A stretch of 64,000 bases of DNA from Oopsacas minuta (Eukaryota > Animalia > Porifera), in contig JAKMXF010000166.1 of assembly GCA_024704765.1 (NCBI GenBank), positions 724,401 to 788,400 on the forward strand. The letters run 5' to 3'. Positions 39,203 to 52,815 of the stretch are shown one piece after another; positions within the stretch are counted from its first letter, which is position 1; each line of letters opens with the position of its first letter. Made by a program: the position numbers and the translations under genes. Below the pieces are notes generated by a model. That model was not told where the DNA came from. It ran no database searches and saw only the letters and a list, made by a program, of their open reading frames with translations.

Positions 39203-39339
39203 TAATTCGCCTCTGACTTGGACATAGCAAGACATATATAACAAGTTTACTTCTTACCCAGGATATAGAATTTTAGATGCAAGTAATTTTTATTACATTT
39301 TGAAAAATGTAATTCTGAAGAAATTTATATTACACTCAA

Positions 39340-39800
39340 CTACCGATTCAGATAGTTCCTTAGGCAAGGCGTTTTGGGTTCTCAAAGGAGCGTTAGGTTT
39401 GGATTGAGAATGAAGAGTGAAATCCTATAATCTATGATACTTCACATGGAATAATAAGTGCGGTCTAAAGTTTGCAGGATTTACAACAATTGATAGTAAT
39501 GGTTAGGCAGTTATTTTTGCTTGCTCTCTTTTGAGGAGCGAAATTAAAACTTATTTTGTTTGGACATTTAGCATTTTATATGGTCTTCAAACGACCCCCA
39601 ATCGCAAATTTCACAATGTGGCCTTAGACTACCCACCTTTTATATACATTTCACCTGCAGAAAATTTGTATGTTCACATCAAACTATTGAACCCATCGAA
39701 ATTTATCTGACAAATATAATTGTGAAACTGATGAAATACGACATATGATTCAAAATTGTAGGCATACACTCTTGCAAACGGATATGTCTGTGAATACGCA
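39340..39800 (+). pseudogene. MULE (FAR1-like) transposase fragment; boundaries approximate
   Basis: LGKAFWV...DTSHG-NKCGLKFAGFTTIDSNG*AVIFACSLLRSE...FVWTF resembles the MULE core FDTTYxTNxYxLPxxxFxGxNHHGQxxxFGCALLxxE...WLF. Confidence 0.5.
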
Positions 39801-39849
39801 AAAAAGGAACAACTGCTAATTCCAAATCCCAAGCATGCCAAAAGCTAAG

Positions 39850-40960
39850 GCGTCCTGTCAGTAAACGGATAATAGGAGCGAGGTAGTGTCTAATGATCGA
39901 GTAAAATAATGTTGTAACATCTCCAACGAATGACTATGGACACATGCGATTCCAATCCTGGTTAAAACTTGCTGATCTAAGCTTAGTTTTAATAAATGCC
40001 TGGGCGTCGTTGATTAAGGTGCATGCGCTTTTGAACTTGTATTTGGTGCAGAGTTTTTTGAAGATTTTTGGCATGTATTGGATCGCCATAGTGTCGGCTT
40101 CTCTACTGAACTGAAAACAACTCTTTTAGCAACTCCTCAAAGTCAGTGCCCAAGTCCTTCAATTCACTATGGTCATGAAATTTTGTATGCTATATAACTC
40201 AGAGTTAAGGAGGTCAAATGCTTTGACAATATTTGAAGCATTATTTAAGATTATAAGAGCAATTTGGGCTTTCCTGATACCAAAGGAATTATGTACCGAG
40301 GAGTATTTCTCTATTATTCGCTCAGCCATGGGTGATGGAAATCATCAATTGCTAAAGTTCTTTTGGTTACACATTGTCAAAATAATAGAAATTAAGAGTC
40401 TCGTCGTAAAAGGAACCTTTATAACCTTTAGGGGTCCAACAATCAACGCAGACTTGGAAAAGAGGAGTACAGGATCCTTAGTAGTATGTGAGAGAGTTGT
40501 AAGTCCGGAATTTATCTGAGATTCGATTAAGTTCGCCTGCATTGTTATGTTATTATAGATTGTTTGGTGATGGTGAATTCCAAATTTACCATCACTAACA
40601 TATAGCACAAATTTCAGAAAACCATATCTGTGTTTGTAAACATGTGTGCACTCGACCTTGGTGACACAGCAACAAAAGTAGAAGGCAACTTATTGAAGGT
40701 GTCTCTAGCGATGATGTTGTTGATTGCATTGACATGAAGGTTAATCAATACTCACTGATTCCTCAACATTTTGACAACGGAATCTGCGATACTATTCTCA
40801 CCTCCTATCCTCTTTACTTTCCTGGCTTCTTCACCACCTTGGCATTTGTAGCCTGTTGCGCAAGTGTCATCCTTCATCAAATGATAAAGGATGACGTTGG
40901 CGTAGCTGTTCGTTCGATTTGAAGATAAAAGAATTCTGATCCGCACAAGTCAAAATGCAT
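39850..40960 (-). pseudogene. hAT (ZBED-like) transposase relic; boundaries approximate
   Basis: AERIIEKY...FGIRKAQIALIILNNASNIVKAF resembles hAT (T)AERI...I.TDNASNMVKAF; many stops. Confidence 0.5.
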
Positions 40961-41584
40961 TCAAACAACTCAACATTCTTTTAAAAAATCATAAACCGTT
41001 GAAGAGTTCTTCTTGCCACTGAAATTGTTAAACATTGTGCAAATAAATGTAATTCAAAAGTCAATATGTAGCACACTTACTTTGTAATGAAAATTTGTTA
41101 TTATTTAGCGAACTTTTACAATCAATCCGCTAGGTAACGAATAATACACAGATCATGATCCAATAGTAGCATAGTATATCTATATACTAGTAGTCTGTAT
41201 TCTATATGTTATGTGGAATCCGCATAATTTTACATGTCAAGTGATAATTTTAATAGATACAGATGTGTTAATCTAAAATGATAGTATGTATTCATTTACA
41301 ACAAAAATATTTGATTAATGATGAATTTGAGGGAAGAAACTCAAGGGGGATGAACTGAAACTGAAAATACAGTATTTTTGTCAACTGAAACAGTAACTGA
41401 ATATGAATTGTGTATTTTGTTAACTGAAACTGAAATTGATGGATTTCTATTTCAGTTAGCAGCACCATATGTGTTTCGTTCATACTCAGTCCTGGACCCG
41501 GTAGAGTTTCAGAAGATGCACGTAGATCACAGTGAACAATTGGCAAAATCCAATTGAAAAAATGCAACATAAATAGAAACGTAC

Positions 41585-41759
41585 TGATAATTTCTAGTGA
41601 TAGACTCTGTACACGAATTGTAGACAATAGAACTAGGAGGAAAAATAGGTTGGGAATTTACGAATTCAGCATCAATGGCTTCTACAGTTAACCTTTCATC
41701 AAATTCTGGAAGATCTTGGACAGTAACAATCACATCAGCGTGGATCTCAGCAAAAAGAG
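41585..41759 (-). CDS. SLK: Probable SLK/STK10-like exon immediately after the kinase domain
   Basis: Strong acceptor TTTTTCTCCTCTTATAG at 41760-41776 and donor CA|GTACGT. Peptide ALFAEIHADVIVTVQDLPEFDE resembles SLK/STK10 (R)ELIAEAKAEVxEEVED. Ends in phase 2, frame-compatible with exon 23780-24295. Confidence 0.55.
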
Positions 41760-42295
41760 CTATAAGAGGAGAAAAATCACAGTGATGTAAGAACTCATGT
41801 CGAAGAAGAACCTAGTATTAAGAAGAAAGGAAGAAATTAAGGAGAATTAAAGTGAATATGAAAAGAGTGAGCACAACGAGTAACTACTATTTGGTTATAA
41901 ACGAAGAATATAATATATAGTGGAATCGTACATGTAAAGTAAAAAATTACTAAATCCAGGGGAAACATTGGATATTTCGGCCCTTTTGCTCGTAAAAGAG
42001 ACGAAAATCGTATTATTTGATACAAAATTTGAAAGGCATGGACAGTTAAGAGAATCCAGGGATTTCAATAAAATATCCAGGGAAACAGTTAAAAGGGTTC
42101 GTGAGTATGCTATAGCCAAGCACAGAATTAACTGCCAATGCTATTAATTATTTTCGATCGATGGTGCAGGTAAAGGGATGAAACTTTCAGGACAAGAAGA
42201 CATCTACTATTGGCAAGTTTCAGTGGAATCACTGAAGCTAGGGGGCTATAGCCCCCCTAATTCTTACAGAGTATGGGCCACAAACATTAATTATA

Positions 42296-42688
42296 CAGTA
42301 GATGCCGGATGTAGGAACGCAGATTTTAAAAACATGGCGGTTATAAAAACCACAAATTGAATTACGGAATCTTATGTATTCTACTCTATGGAATTTTTAA
42401 GGTTTATAAAAACATTCTATGCCGGTTATTAGAACATCCCGGATATAAGAACATCATACTAGAAAACGGTTACTATATACCCCTATATACATCATGCCGG
42501 TTAAAAGAACACTAGTAATTTAGTACTAAAAATTTGTTTTCATTATCAGTATGTTGGTAGAATCGGCAGAAACTATATAGCTGAAATGAGATGCCCACAC
42601 TACTATATACTAAATATCGGTTGTAAGAACATGCCGGATATAAGAACATTATTCCACTTCCTGATGTTCTTATAACCGGCATTCACTG
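42296..42688. mobile_element. pogo-type MITE (copy 2)
   Basis: TA|CAGTAGATGCCGGATGTAGGAAC ... GTTCTTATAACCGGCATTCACTG|TA. Confidence 0.7.
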
Positions 42689-43850
42689 TATTTTTAAGGT
42701 TATTAAAACTGGCTAATCGTCCGAGTTTAGGCCAGGTGTCCCGATTTGAGACCATACATATAGTGTAATTTCAGATGAAATCGTGCAACACATTGAATTA
42801 CTCTTTTGAGTATAACACTAATACTAATATGCTATGTCTCGCGCATATAAAAACAGTTTAGGATTTTGGTGTGGCCAGTAGTTTTACGGCAATGTGAAAT
42901 GATAGTATTATATACAATCAGTTGAATAAAGATTTGAAAATGATCGACAATTATTGAGTTCGATATGAAAAATGTGTTATTATACAATTCATAGGTAAGG
43001 AGTCATTTAGTCATATCTCACATCAAATATTTGTGTAATGTGGTTATGTGGTTTCACTCTCTTCCATATACGGTAATATCTTAATCTCGACTTTTACAAG
43101 TAGACTTAGATGAAAGCCTACTAAACATAAGGCCTAAAAGTAACTGGAAATGTGGGATGTAGTATGAGCTGAATGCGTTTATAAACGTGGATCCTCTATT
43201 GCAGAAATATGCATTTTTGCCTGATTAAATACATCACATTTTTGTAGGACATTACACAAATAAATGCTAAGATTCAGGAGTGTGTCAAAAATATGTGTTG
43301 AATAAGCATATATTTAGTAAAATAAATAATCCTTCTATGCCTTGCACAACAACATTATTGTATTTATTAACTCAAAGTGAATAATTGTAATGATCTATAG
43401 ATACTTTTAAACAAAATGTCAAAAAATTTGTAATTCCATAGCATTCTAATACACTAAGGCAATGGCAGTCACAAATTCATATAGACCATGGATGCACTCA
43501 TATATCCAGATAAAATGTCACACAAAATATCATCTATTGTTCAATTGGTATTTAAAAGGCTAAGAAAGAAAACTATCAATGGATCTTGCTAAACTTTCAC
43601 AAGGATGCGTTTGCAGATGAATTTATTCATAACCCATATGGTAAAATTCTCTTTTCTTCATATATACAAATTCATATAATGAAATCATAATCTTTAAATA
43701 CATTACTAAACATAAATTAACAAAGTGAATTTTTTACACTACTAGCACTAGGCCAAATATATTAAGTCTTTCTATACAAATTGTCTTACATTTTTATTAC
43801 TTTTACGTGTATCTTTAACTTAGCTACTGTCATCTCATTTTCTATCCCCT

Positions 43851-44940
43851 ATGAGTTGTTTTATTCCTGGGTGTAATTCTAACTACAGAAGTACAGATTT
43901 ACCTCCCTAAGAAAGTTTTAACTTTCCCAAAGACGAGTAATTGCGAAACAAATGGGTTTAGAATTATTCCTAGACCAAGGGAAGATTATGAAAACAATAA
44001 GGAGTTGAAAGTAAGATATTGTGTTTGGTTTCAAGTACGCCTACATTCGGATTTGTAATCAATTTGATAGGACTGCGGTTAGCAAAAATCTTAGATTAGA
44101 ATTATACGGCTTCAGGCTAGCAGTTTATTTGTAGCTAAGTAATACAATTTCTTGATTGTATATTTGGTCTATAGTTTGTGCTTCTTTGACTTAATTAAGT
44201 TAACACTTTGCCGATAACAATTTTCTACCCCGTGATATAGGTATCTACCAAAAACTTCCAAGAAGAGGATACTCAAAAAATCTTTCAAGTTTTTGATGGT
44301 ATACAAATGGTGACATGCCAACGGGATCGTTTCATCCTAACGAAGTCTGCTGTATCCTGTGTCTTTCCTAATTGTCCCAAGTATATAACCAACACATCTG
44401 AAAATCAAAGTAGTTTTCAAGAGATTCTAAAGAGCTGGCATTCTTTCAAGCTGCACTGATTCAAAGCAGGTTATGCCGTATTTACATATCTCAAGAAGTC
44501 AAATGGTTGTCAGATATGTAAATCTTTCTTAACAACTGATAAATTTATTCGAGGTATTGATGACGTGGGAGGTGAATTCATATTAATGGAATTATTGGAT
44601 AGAGGTTCTCTAATGTATCCGCCTGCTCAAGTAATTGAAACTACAAAGATTATAACAGAGGCATTTTGGAAAATTGATAATAATAAGGAATTATTTCAAG
44701 ATTTTTTTAATGGTTTACCCCGAACCAAGCTTGCAAAATGATCTTGCGCTATAATAGAGAATGGGCAGAGTGAAATATGGAAGAATTGGCATAGATATAT
44801 TTATCTCATTGGGAAATATTAAAGCAACTATTACGAACTCTTTCTAATTACATCCTTCCTAACAAGGTTAAAACACTTAATGTGTTAGTATCAAGTAATA
44901 GCAACGCTAAGCTTAAACAATACAAGAACTATTGTATTTG
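43851..44940 (+). pseudogene. THAP/P-element-like relic with the catalytic core deleted
   Basis: MSCFIPGCNSNY...FPKDE..RNKW (THAP start); KSAVSCVFPNCPKY (THAP end); then directly the P C-terminal AGYAVFTYLKKSNGCQIC...LDRGSLMYP. Confidence 0.65.
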
Positions 44941-45006
44941 TGAATTCTTCTAGCTTTATCACTGACTTTCAAATCTACAAACTAAGGTATGTGAAGAGTG
45001 TAGTGG

Positions 45007-45151
<145 letters not shown>

Positions 45152-45739
45152 ATTCTATCAAAATATCCATTTTCTATCTATCAAAAGTAGTATTTAAGAT
45201 ATTAGCACATTGTGTTAGAATCAGTTAGATAGTATGATTTCTTTGTAATTCTTTGATATTGTATTTTGGAATTATACAATTTCTCACTAACTAGTATTAA
45301 CTAACATTTTTGTAGTAGTAGTACTAATAGGGAATCGTGAGCTCAGTCAGAATAGCTATTAGGGGTTTCTAAATAACTACTAACCAATTTTAGGCTTATG
45401 ACTTTGTTATGTCTCACGAAAATAGAATATTTCTTGCTCTGCAATAATATAGTTAATGTACAAATTTGAATATATGAGTGCATCCAAGGTACATATAAAT
45501 TTCTGACTGCAATTGCATTATTGTTTAGATTGTTATGGCTTTATGTAATATAATATTGTTGAATATCTCACTCTACCCATCCTTGGTTTTCCTATACATA
45601 TTTACTGTATTTTTGTTAACTAATCGATTATTTTATGATTCTTGTCAACGATAACGGATCTAGAACAAAGGAACCTAGCGAAATTTTAAATATCTTGATG
45701 GAAGTGTCTTAAGGATTGCAATATTTTATGATCACTTTC

Positions 45740-46250
45740 TAAGCTAACATTTAAAGTATAATTATCAGTATACAGAGCTTCAACGAATAATTTTCAAGCC
45801 TCAATATCTGAAATGATATGTTTGATAGTGGAAAAACTATTTGTGCTGACAAAGTGCCAAGTAGTATCAAACAATGGTTTCAAGAATTTTTTTGTCAGAC
45901 TCGAAACTATAATCGAAAATACGGCAGACGGAGGATCACCAGAGTCATCGATAGATCCTAAAATTTTCTCACCTTTCTAGTTCACATTACTTCGGATATG
46001 CACTTCATCCATTTGAAAACTTACGTGGCGGTCTATTTGGTCAAATGTTATGGAAGTCTCCTTCAATGTAAGTAATCATTCTCTAATCCGATAGAATTAG
46101 TATTTTGAATATTCCCTTCGTGTGGTACGATTAAGCAATTTGAAGATTGGATAAGTCGTAACTAGTATGAGATAGCCCATAAACTTTTATCACAATAACC
46201 TGAGTAAGAAATTCAGAGGAATTTCAATGAACTATTGAAAATATCAGTTT
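45740..46250 (-). pseudogene. P-element transposase core fragment; boundaries approximate
   Basis: RHVSFQMDEVHIRSNVN*KGEKILG...VFSIIVSSL...EALYTDNYTLNV, covering the first two catalytic Asp regions. Confidence 0.6.
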
Positions 46251-46257
46251 CAATATA

Positions 46258-47420
46258 CAGGGTGTGCCATAAGTTCTGAACAAATTTGTATTCAAATAAT
46301 TTTATCTAACGGCATCAATATGTAAGATAACTAAATAATACAGAAAGTATATAATATATAGTTGTTAGAAAGAAGCTATGTAAGCTTAGTTCATCTCAAA
46401 TCAGTTGCATTTGCCACTTATGCAACTCTTAATCCTAGTTGTCAATAAATTACAAGCACGAATAACTTAGACTTGGTCAGATTCTTTTCTACGCCTTTTT
46501 AGAGTTCTTTTAAGTGATTGAACATGGTCGTACGTGTGAGTATTTACCTTGGATTCCAATCTCCTCATAAATTGTAGTCCCATGGATCAAGGTCCGGACT
46601 TGATGAAGGCCATTCTTCGCGGCATAAAAACGCCGGCACATTGGCCGATAGCCACCCCCCTGATTAATTTTAGCAGTAGGAGTCGGTTCAGAATCCTGTT
46701 GAAATATCCATTAGTTTCCATTCATCACAGAATTGGCAATAGGTTTAACACATATTTCTCCAAAATGAGGTCTTGGTATACCTGAGCATTGATTTTGTTC
46801 CCTTCTGGGATGAAAACCAAGGGAGTTTTATCGATCACAGATATTCCTGCCAACTATGATACTCTCCGGATGTCGACTCTTCTGAACAGTTGAAAAACTT
46901 TTCAGATATATCATTTCGTGATATGGAATAGATACAATAATTTTATAGTTGAAATTTTCCTCAATAGTGAAAATCTTTTCACCAGAAAACGTAATCGTAT
47001 CAGGGTTCACTGATTTGAGCAAGGTAAGAAGTCGACAATATCTTTAACTCATTTTCCATTACGGTACTAGTAAGTGATTTAGTCTTGGCTCTTTTGAAAG
47101 AACGGTATCCAGGCTCCTTTGTAATAATTCGTCGAGCAGATGCACTAGAAATCTTTATTTTTGCAGCTATTTTCCGATGGGATAGTGTTGGACAACGTCC
47201 GAAATCTGGCGAACTTTCTTTTTGTTCACAGTTGCTCGGATAGATCGTGGTAGGCCAGATCGATGCTTATCTGAAATATTACCAGTCTCCCAGAAACATT
47301 TCAGTGTAAGAGAAATACAAGAACTGCTGAAAGTATTCGCTTATACCCATACCAGAACTCATATTTCGTTGTTTGACAGTGTTGACAATATATAATACAT
47401 AAGTAATAATTGATTCAATT
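46258..47420 (-). mobile_element. maT/DD37D-type Tc1 relic with only one TIR
   Basis: TA|CAGGGTGTGCCATAAGTTCTGAAC end; EEWPSSSPDLDPMDY; FSGEKIFTIEE; N-terminal DKHRSGLPRS. The other TIR was not found. Confidence 0.75.
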
Positions 47421-48077
47421 TGGGGGATCATGAAAAGACCTTGGAATTTCCTTCCTTTCCCAATTGTGTTAGGGTTGTTCATATTTTGTATCTTCATCTA
47501 AAGTTTCACCGTTTCTATCCCTATCAAAAATCTTATTGTCAAGAAAAAAGAAAACCCACTGAAATATTCCTGTGCTTTGGAGGATTTAAAACGGTTATAT
47601 AAATCGGACATTTCCATATCCTAAAGTGGGTCCCTAGACTAACTTCTAAAGCTTGTTGGCCATCAAAATTAGAAAGACAAAATGTAAAGCTAGCACCACT
47701 TAAGAAATTTCATGAACCTTCACATTGCGGACTGAAATCTTTCAATATTGATAATGAAATTAATGAGAATAACACTGATAAACAACATATTTGATGATCC
47801 TCTTTCTCTATTATTTTTGCATAGTGTAGATAAGTATTGGGAATTATTATGTATTATTTTTTCATTCTCAAGGGTACTAAAAGTGAGAAATTTCTATTTT
47901 GGTTATGTCGGTTTAATTGACTACATAGTCAAAATATTTCTAAATTCAATTCTACACATCACCCTTTTCCAATTTATTTGGTTGTAATTGCTTATATGAT
48001 GTAAATTGCCTCTAATAGTAGTTATAATCTGTTAAATTCTACTCGACATTTAGTTTATCTTGTTCATCTTATTGTTT

Positions 48078-49694
48078 ATGGCTTCTCGGGTTTGTAAAAT
48101 TCTCCTGAAAAGTTGTATTATATTTGTGGGAGGTATACTACAACTGACCAACGGCAAAATATCACAAAGGCTGAACAACGCTGTTATTTGGCATATTTTG
48201 GATGCCATCTTGGGGATCAAGATAAGCCGTGGGCTCCACACAATGCCTGTAAGACATGCGTTGAGGACCTACCCTTGTGGTATGCTGGGAAGAGAAAGAA
48301 AATGCTTTTGGGCTCCCAATGATATGGAGAGAACCAATGTGTCATCTTTCGGATTGATATTTCTGTATGACGAATATTGATGGTATCACAAAAAGAATAA
48401 ATCTAGTTTGCGTACCTAGACGTGTCGTCCGCCATTAGGCCAGTTCTATTGGAAATATTGGACATTAACAGTGACAGTGATAGTAGTGGAGATCTGATGA
48501 GTACATACCCCCACCAGATGATAATTCTCCTCAGCTTTTTGATCAAGATGATCTTGATGACCTAATAAGATATCCCAATTTACCAAAATCGTCTTCAGAA
48601 ATTATTTTTCATGTCTAAAAGAGAAGAATTTACTACTTCCGAGGGCGAATATTTCAAAATATCGAACTAGAGAACAAGATTTCCTTAAATATTTCACGTA
48701 CAGTCGCCATTTGTATATGGTGGAAATATTCCTGGTCTAGTAGAAAAGCTTGGAGTGAAATATGATCCTGAAGAATAAAGATTATTTATTGATTCCTCTA
48801 AAAGAGGTTTAAAGGGAATGTTACTGCATAATGGTAACAAGCTTGCGTGTATCCCAGTTGCACATTCTTTTCAAGCCAAGTCAGGAGACTTACGACACCA
48901 TGAAAGTCTTCTTAGATCCACTAAATTACACAATGCATCGATGGCTAATTTGTGGAGATCTTAAGGTCATATCAATACTTCTTGGACAACAAGGTTGTTA
49001 CACTAAATATCCATTTCCTGTGTTTGTGGGATAGACGTGCAGACGCTCGACATTACGTCCAGAAAGTGTGGCCGCATCGAGACCATTTAGTTGCCGATAG
49101 TCACAATGTTATTCAAGAACCACTTGTAGATTCTAACGATGTTTGTTACCGCCTGTTCACATTAAACTTGGTTTAATGAAAATTTTGTGAAGACATTGCC
49201 CAACGATAGTGGAGGTTTATGTACCTAGTTGGAAATTTCCCTGCAATTTCTGATGAAGATTATAGGTGGCATCTTTGTTAGACAACAAATAAGGGAGCTA
49301 TTCAAAGATAATGAATTTCTTAAAAAATTGAGTAGAATAGAGAGAAAAGCTGGCTGAGTATTCGTGATGTAGTAGAAGGTTTCCTTGGAATTACAAAGTT
49401 GACAAATATGCTGACATTGTCAAGAGAATAATAGAGAATTACAAAATACTCGGTGAGAATGTCTATAAAAATCCATTTCCTTCACTCACAGCTGGATTAT
49501 TTTCCAAAAGATCTTGGAGCACTAAGCGAAGAACAAGGCGAACGTTATCATCAGGATAATAGTGAGATTAAACACAGTAGCAAGGAAAATGGAATTCCAG
49601 CATGATGGCGGACTACTATTGGTGTTTGAGACGCAACAAGCCTGACATACTACACAAAATAAAGTCGAAGAAAAAACAATTTTTAGACGACTAA
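48078..49694 (+). pseudogene. Chapaev3-like transposase, decayed; termini not resolved
   Basis: MASRVCK...YICGRY...LGDQDKPWAPHNACKTC; LFIDSSKR; WLICGDLKV; HFLHSQLDYFPKDLGALSEEQGERYHQD; MMADYYW. Confidence 0.8.
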
Positions 49695-49701
49695 ATATGA
49701 A

Positions 49702-50139
49702 TCTATATTATTAAATCCCAATTGTTGTCTATCTGTTTGTCTGCCTGTCTGTCTATCTGTTTGTCCGTTCCTAAGGAAGGTGAAATGGAATGTGGAATTC
49801 GTGTTTGCAAAAATGTTTGTATCTATATATCTATGGTGTTAATCAGGAAAACATGCAAATTTCATAAAACTTGAGTAAAGGTTAGCGAATATGCTGAATC
49901 CGAATCACACTTATGGATTTGTCATATATAAATTTAAGTTGTGTATATGAATATAAGTAAGCCAAAAGCAAACAAATTTCAATATTATCCTAGAAATGTG
50001 GTTTCAACGGTTATAGTTGGGCAATTGGGTACGCTGATTCCGAATATCACACAAACTAATAGTCAAAGCGAGGGCCAAAGGCCAAGTACGAACACGAGGT
50101 GTTAGAATCCGCGTAGGTCAAGCAAGCGCCGCGCGCTAG
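49702..50139 (+). mobile_element. Non-autonomous Helitron-like element
   Basis: A|TCTATATTATTAAA start, (CTGT/TTGT)n tract, GC-rich 3' end CCGCGTAGGTCAAGCAAGCGCCGCGCGCTAG|T; inserted between A and T with no TSD. Confidence 0.6.
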
Positions 50140-52815
50140 TGATAGTTAATATTAGTATGATTTATTAGGTAATAAACATGAATGTTTGTTTAATTTCATA
50201 TATTTAATCGCACATTGGTGCAATCTTCCAACCAGAAAATTACAAATTCTAGACCTGTTGTGAATACATACTTAACTCATCCATAAACAATCCTTTCAAA
50301 TTATACAATTTCAGCTATTTTATTGAATCATCAAAAACATTTTACAATATTGTATATCAATGTAATCAACCTGTTGAGTTTCTAAACGAATAGGTAATAT
50401 ATGGGATGCTTTTATTGCTAACTAGGCTGGGAAAAATATCCCTTTTAATAATGGTTACTTTGATCCATTGTACTCAAACGATTCACGTATATAGTTTATT
50501 GGGCAGGTAGCATATTGGATAAACTGCTAGAATACTCTATACCTGGAAATTTGGAAAATCAACATCGTAAACCTTTACGTGCTTTAGGCATACCTGTATG
50601 GCATTGCCATTGATAGTTAATCGACTCACACGTGAATGCAATTTCCAATACTTGTTGACTGCTAGAATTCAAAGTGTCGCCTTAGAACATCACTTCGGAC
50701 TCTATAAACAGATGTCTGGCAGCCCTTACCATATTACCTATACTCATATATGGTATATTCTAAAATTGTTTTCTTCAAAATAATCATCTGGAGAAGGTCC
50801 AATTTCATTGAAAATTGTTTCAATACTTTCAAGACTCAAATCCTGATCAATTACAATATTTCATGTAAAGATTACAATTTATTCCCGATATTCAGATAAG
50901 TCCATCACAACTTGAATGGCTTACTTATGTTGCTGGTTATGCCGTCTTTTCTTACATGAAAACACTAATAAATGTGCCAATTGTTACTATTTCTTAACGA
51001 CTGATAAACAAAAGGAACTTGTAAATGATGTTGGTTCTTAATATATACTTGTTGATTTATATGACTTACGAGACATTTATGAAGATAGACGCCTCAGAAA
51101 TACTATGCAAAAATTCAATGCTAACCCAGTTTATTAGTGCGAATAAGTATGTTAATAATTGAAGAGAAACATATTGGAAAAATGGAGAGAATTATATGAT
51201 TGTAAATATGCGGGTGGGATATTTACACAAATTAGTAAAAACTGTTTCAAATTGTATTCTATCAAGGATCAAGGAGAGTAAGAACTTTAATGCAAAAATC
51301 GTGAATTCTGACAATATAAAGCTTCTTTCATTTAGAAAAAATTCGTATTTATATCGTATAGCTGACCTGATGAGACTCAAAAGGGCCTCACTTAATTCCA
51401 ACACAATTTACCTAAGTATGGTCAAGATTCTATGGTAGATGTGTATACGTGTACTATATCCTCATGTGTACTTACCTCATTCAACACATACTAGATGTAC
51501 GATGCATTCTAACTACTACCTAACTCATTACTCATTAACGATAGTAGATGTCATTCTGTACTTGACCTCGATAGTCATTACATTTGAAGATAATAGATGT
51601 GCATTGCTTTTGTTAGTGTTTTAATGTTGTTTTTGTAATTGTTGAACTGATGATATGCTTGGATATTTACCTTAGAATTGTCAATAAAAGCTAATATATT
51701 GTCAAAGTTTAGTCTAGATAATTTGATTGGGAAATATTGGGTTAACATAAACAAGAACGTATTCCGATCCAACCATATTTTCATGATAGAATGATATATT
51801 GGATGCTAATCACAATTTTACAAAATCTACATTCAGCGGCATTAACCCATCCATGGTACATGCAGTGCCTTAATGTATTAGAATACTATGGTCATTCAAA
51901 ATTTGACTCGTTGTGAATTACCGTAGAGACCATGGATGAAGAATTTTTATCAATATCCAATTATAACTCGATAATCATAAAAATTTATGGTAAAATCAAA
52001 ATAGTCAATATATACTATTAACCCGACTTCCCATAACATTGTAGTACATTTTGATATGATATCTCGCATCAGTGTTGCCAAGTTATGGTCATTTACAAGG
52101 CTCCGATATACTCTTCAATTATTATATTTCAAAATATATTACAAAGGCATGAGAAATCGGGAAATTAGTAAATTGGATAATATGATTTTACCATCACTTG
52201 AACGATTCTTGAGTTATAATTGAATATTCATGAATAATTAATATTAAAGCACTTTATGAAGAGGACATAAAGAGCTCACTACGACTCACAAAGGTTACAC
52301 ATTCATCAGTATTTCCTAAACCCCTCCAACGACAGGGCGTAACACTCATCTGTCAAATTTGACGACTGTCACAGCATTAAATGCTATGAAAAATACGATA
52401 ATCCCCATGAAAGCTGGACAGAGGAGGGTTGAGAGTGCCTAGATTAGACTTCACTCGTTTTGCTTACATAGCCATCAATCTCCTCCGAAATCTTCGAAAT
52501 TTCCCGACCTAAAAACAGATGTCGAGTGGGCATAATGAAAATGCTTTCATATGTGGATAGTCTTCCTGCTGAAAAGTTGGAGCTGAGTTGTGATTTGTTA
52601 ATACCTTACAAAAAGCTCAAGTCAATCACACAAGTGAGCGGAAGCAACAGTATGGCTGTCATCGACGGAAGGAGAAACCACAAGTAACATTTTAAAAACT
52701 AGGTCTTTGTCATCATTATCTTTGAACTCCTATTCGAGGTTCATAATTTACATGTCTAATTCTAGCTATCCAAAATCGATATCAAGACAATACTATATAT
52801 ATATATATATATGTA

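Larger units (their letters stand above)
47425..51150 (+). mobile_element. P-element-like transposase relic split by Chapaev3-like and Helitron-like insertions; boundaries approximate
   Basis: Left part PRLTSKACWPSKLERQNVKLA. Right part FQYLLTARIQSVALEHHFGLYKQMSGSPYHITY and WLTYVAGYAVFSY...CANC. The two parts are in colinear order. Confidence 0.6.

Noticed and set aside
40750-40950. RecQ-helicase/Academ-like ORF
   Set aside because: No Walker A or DEAH motif; downstream motifs fit a hAT transposase better.
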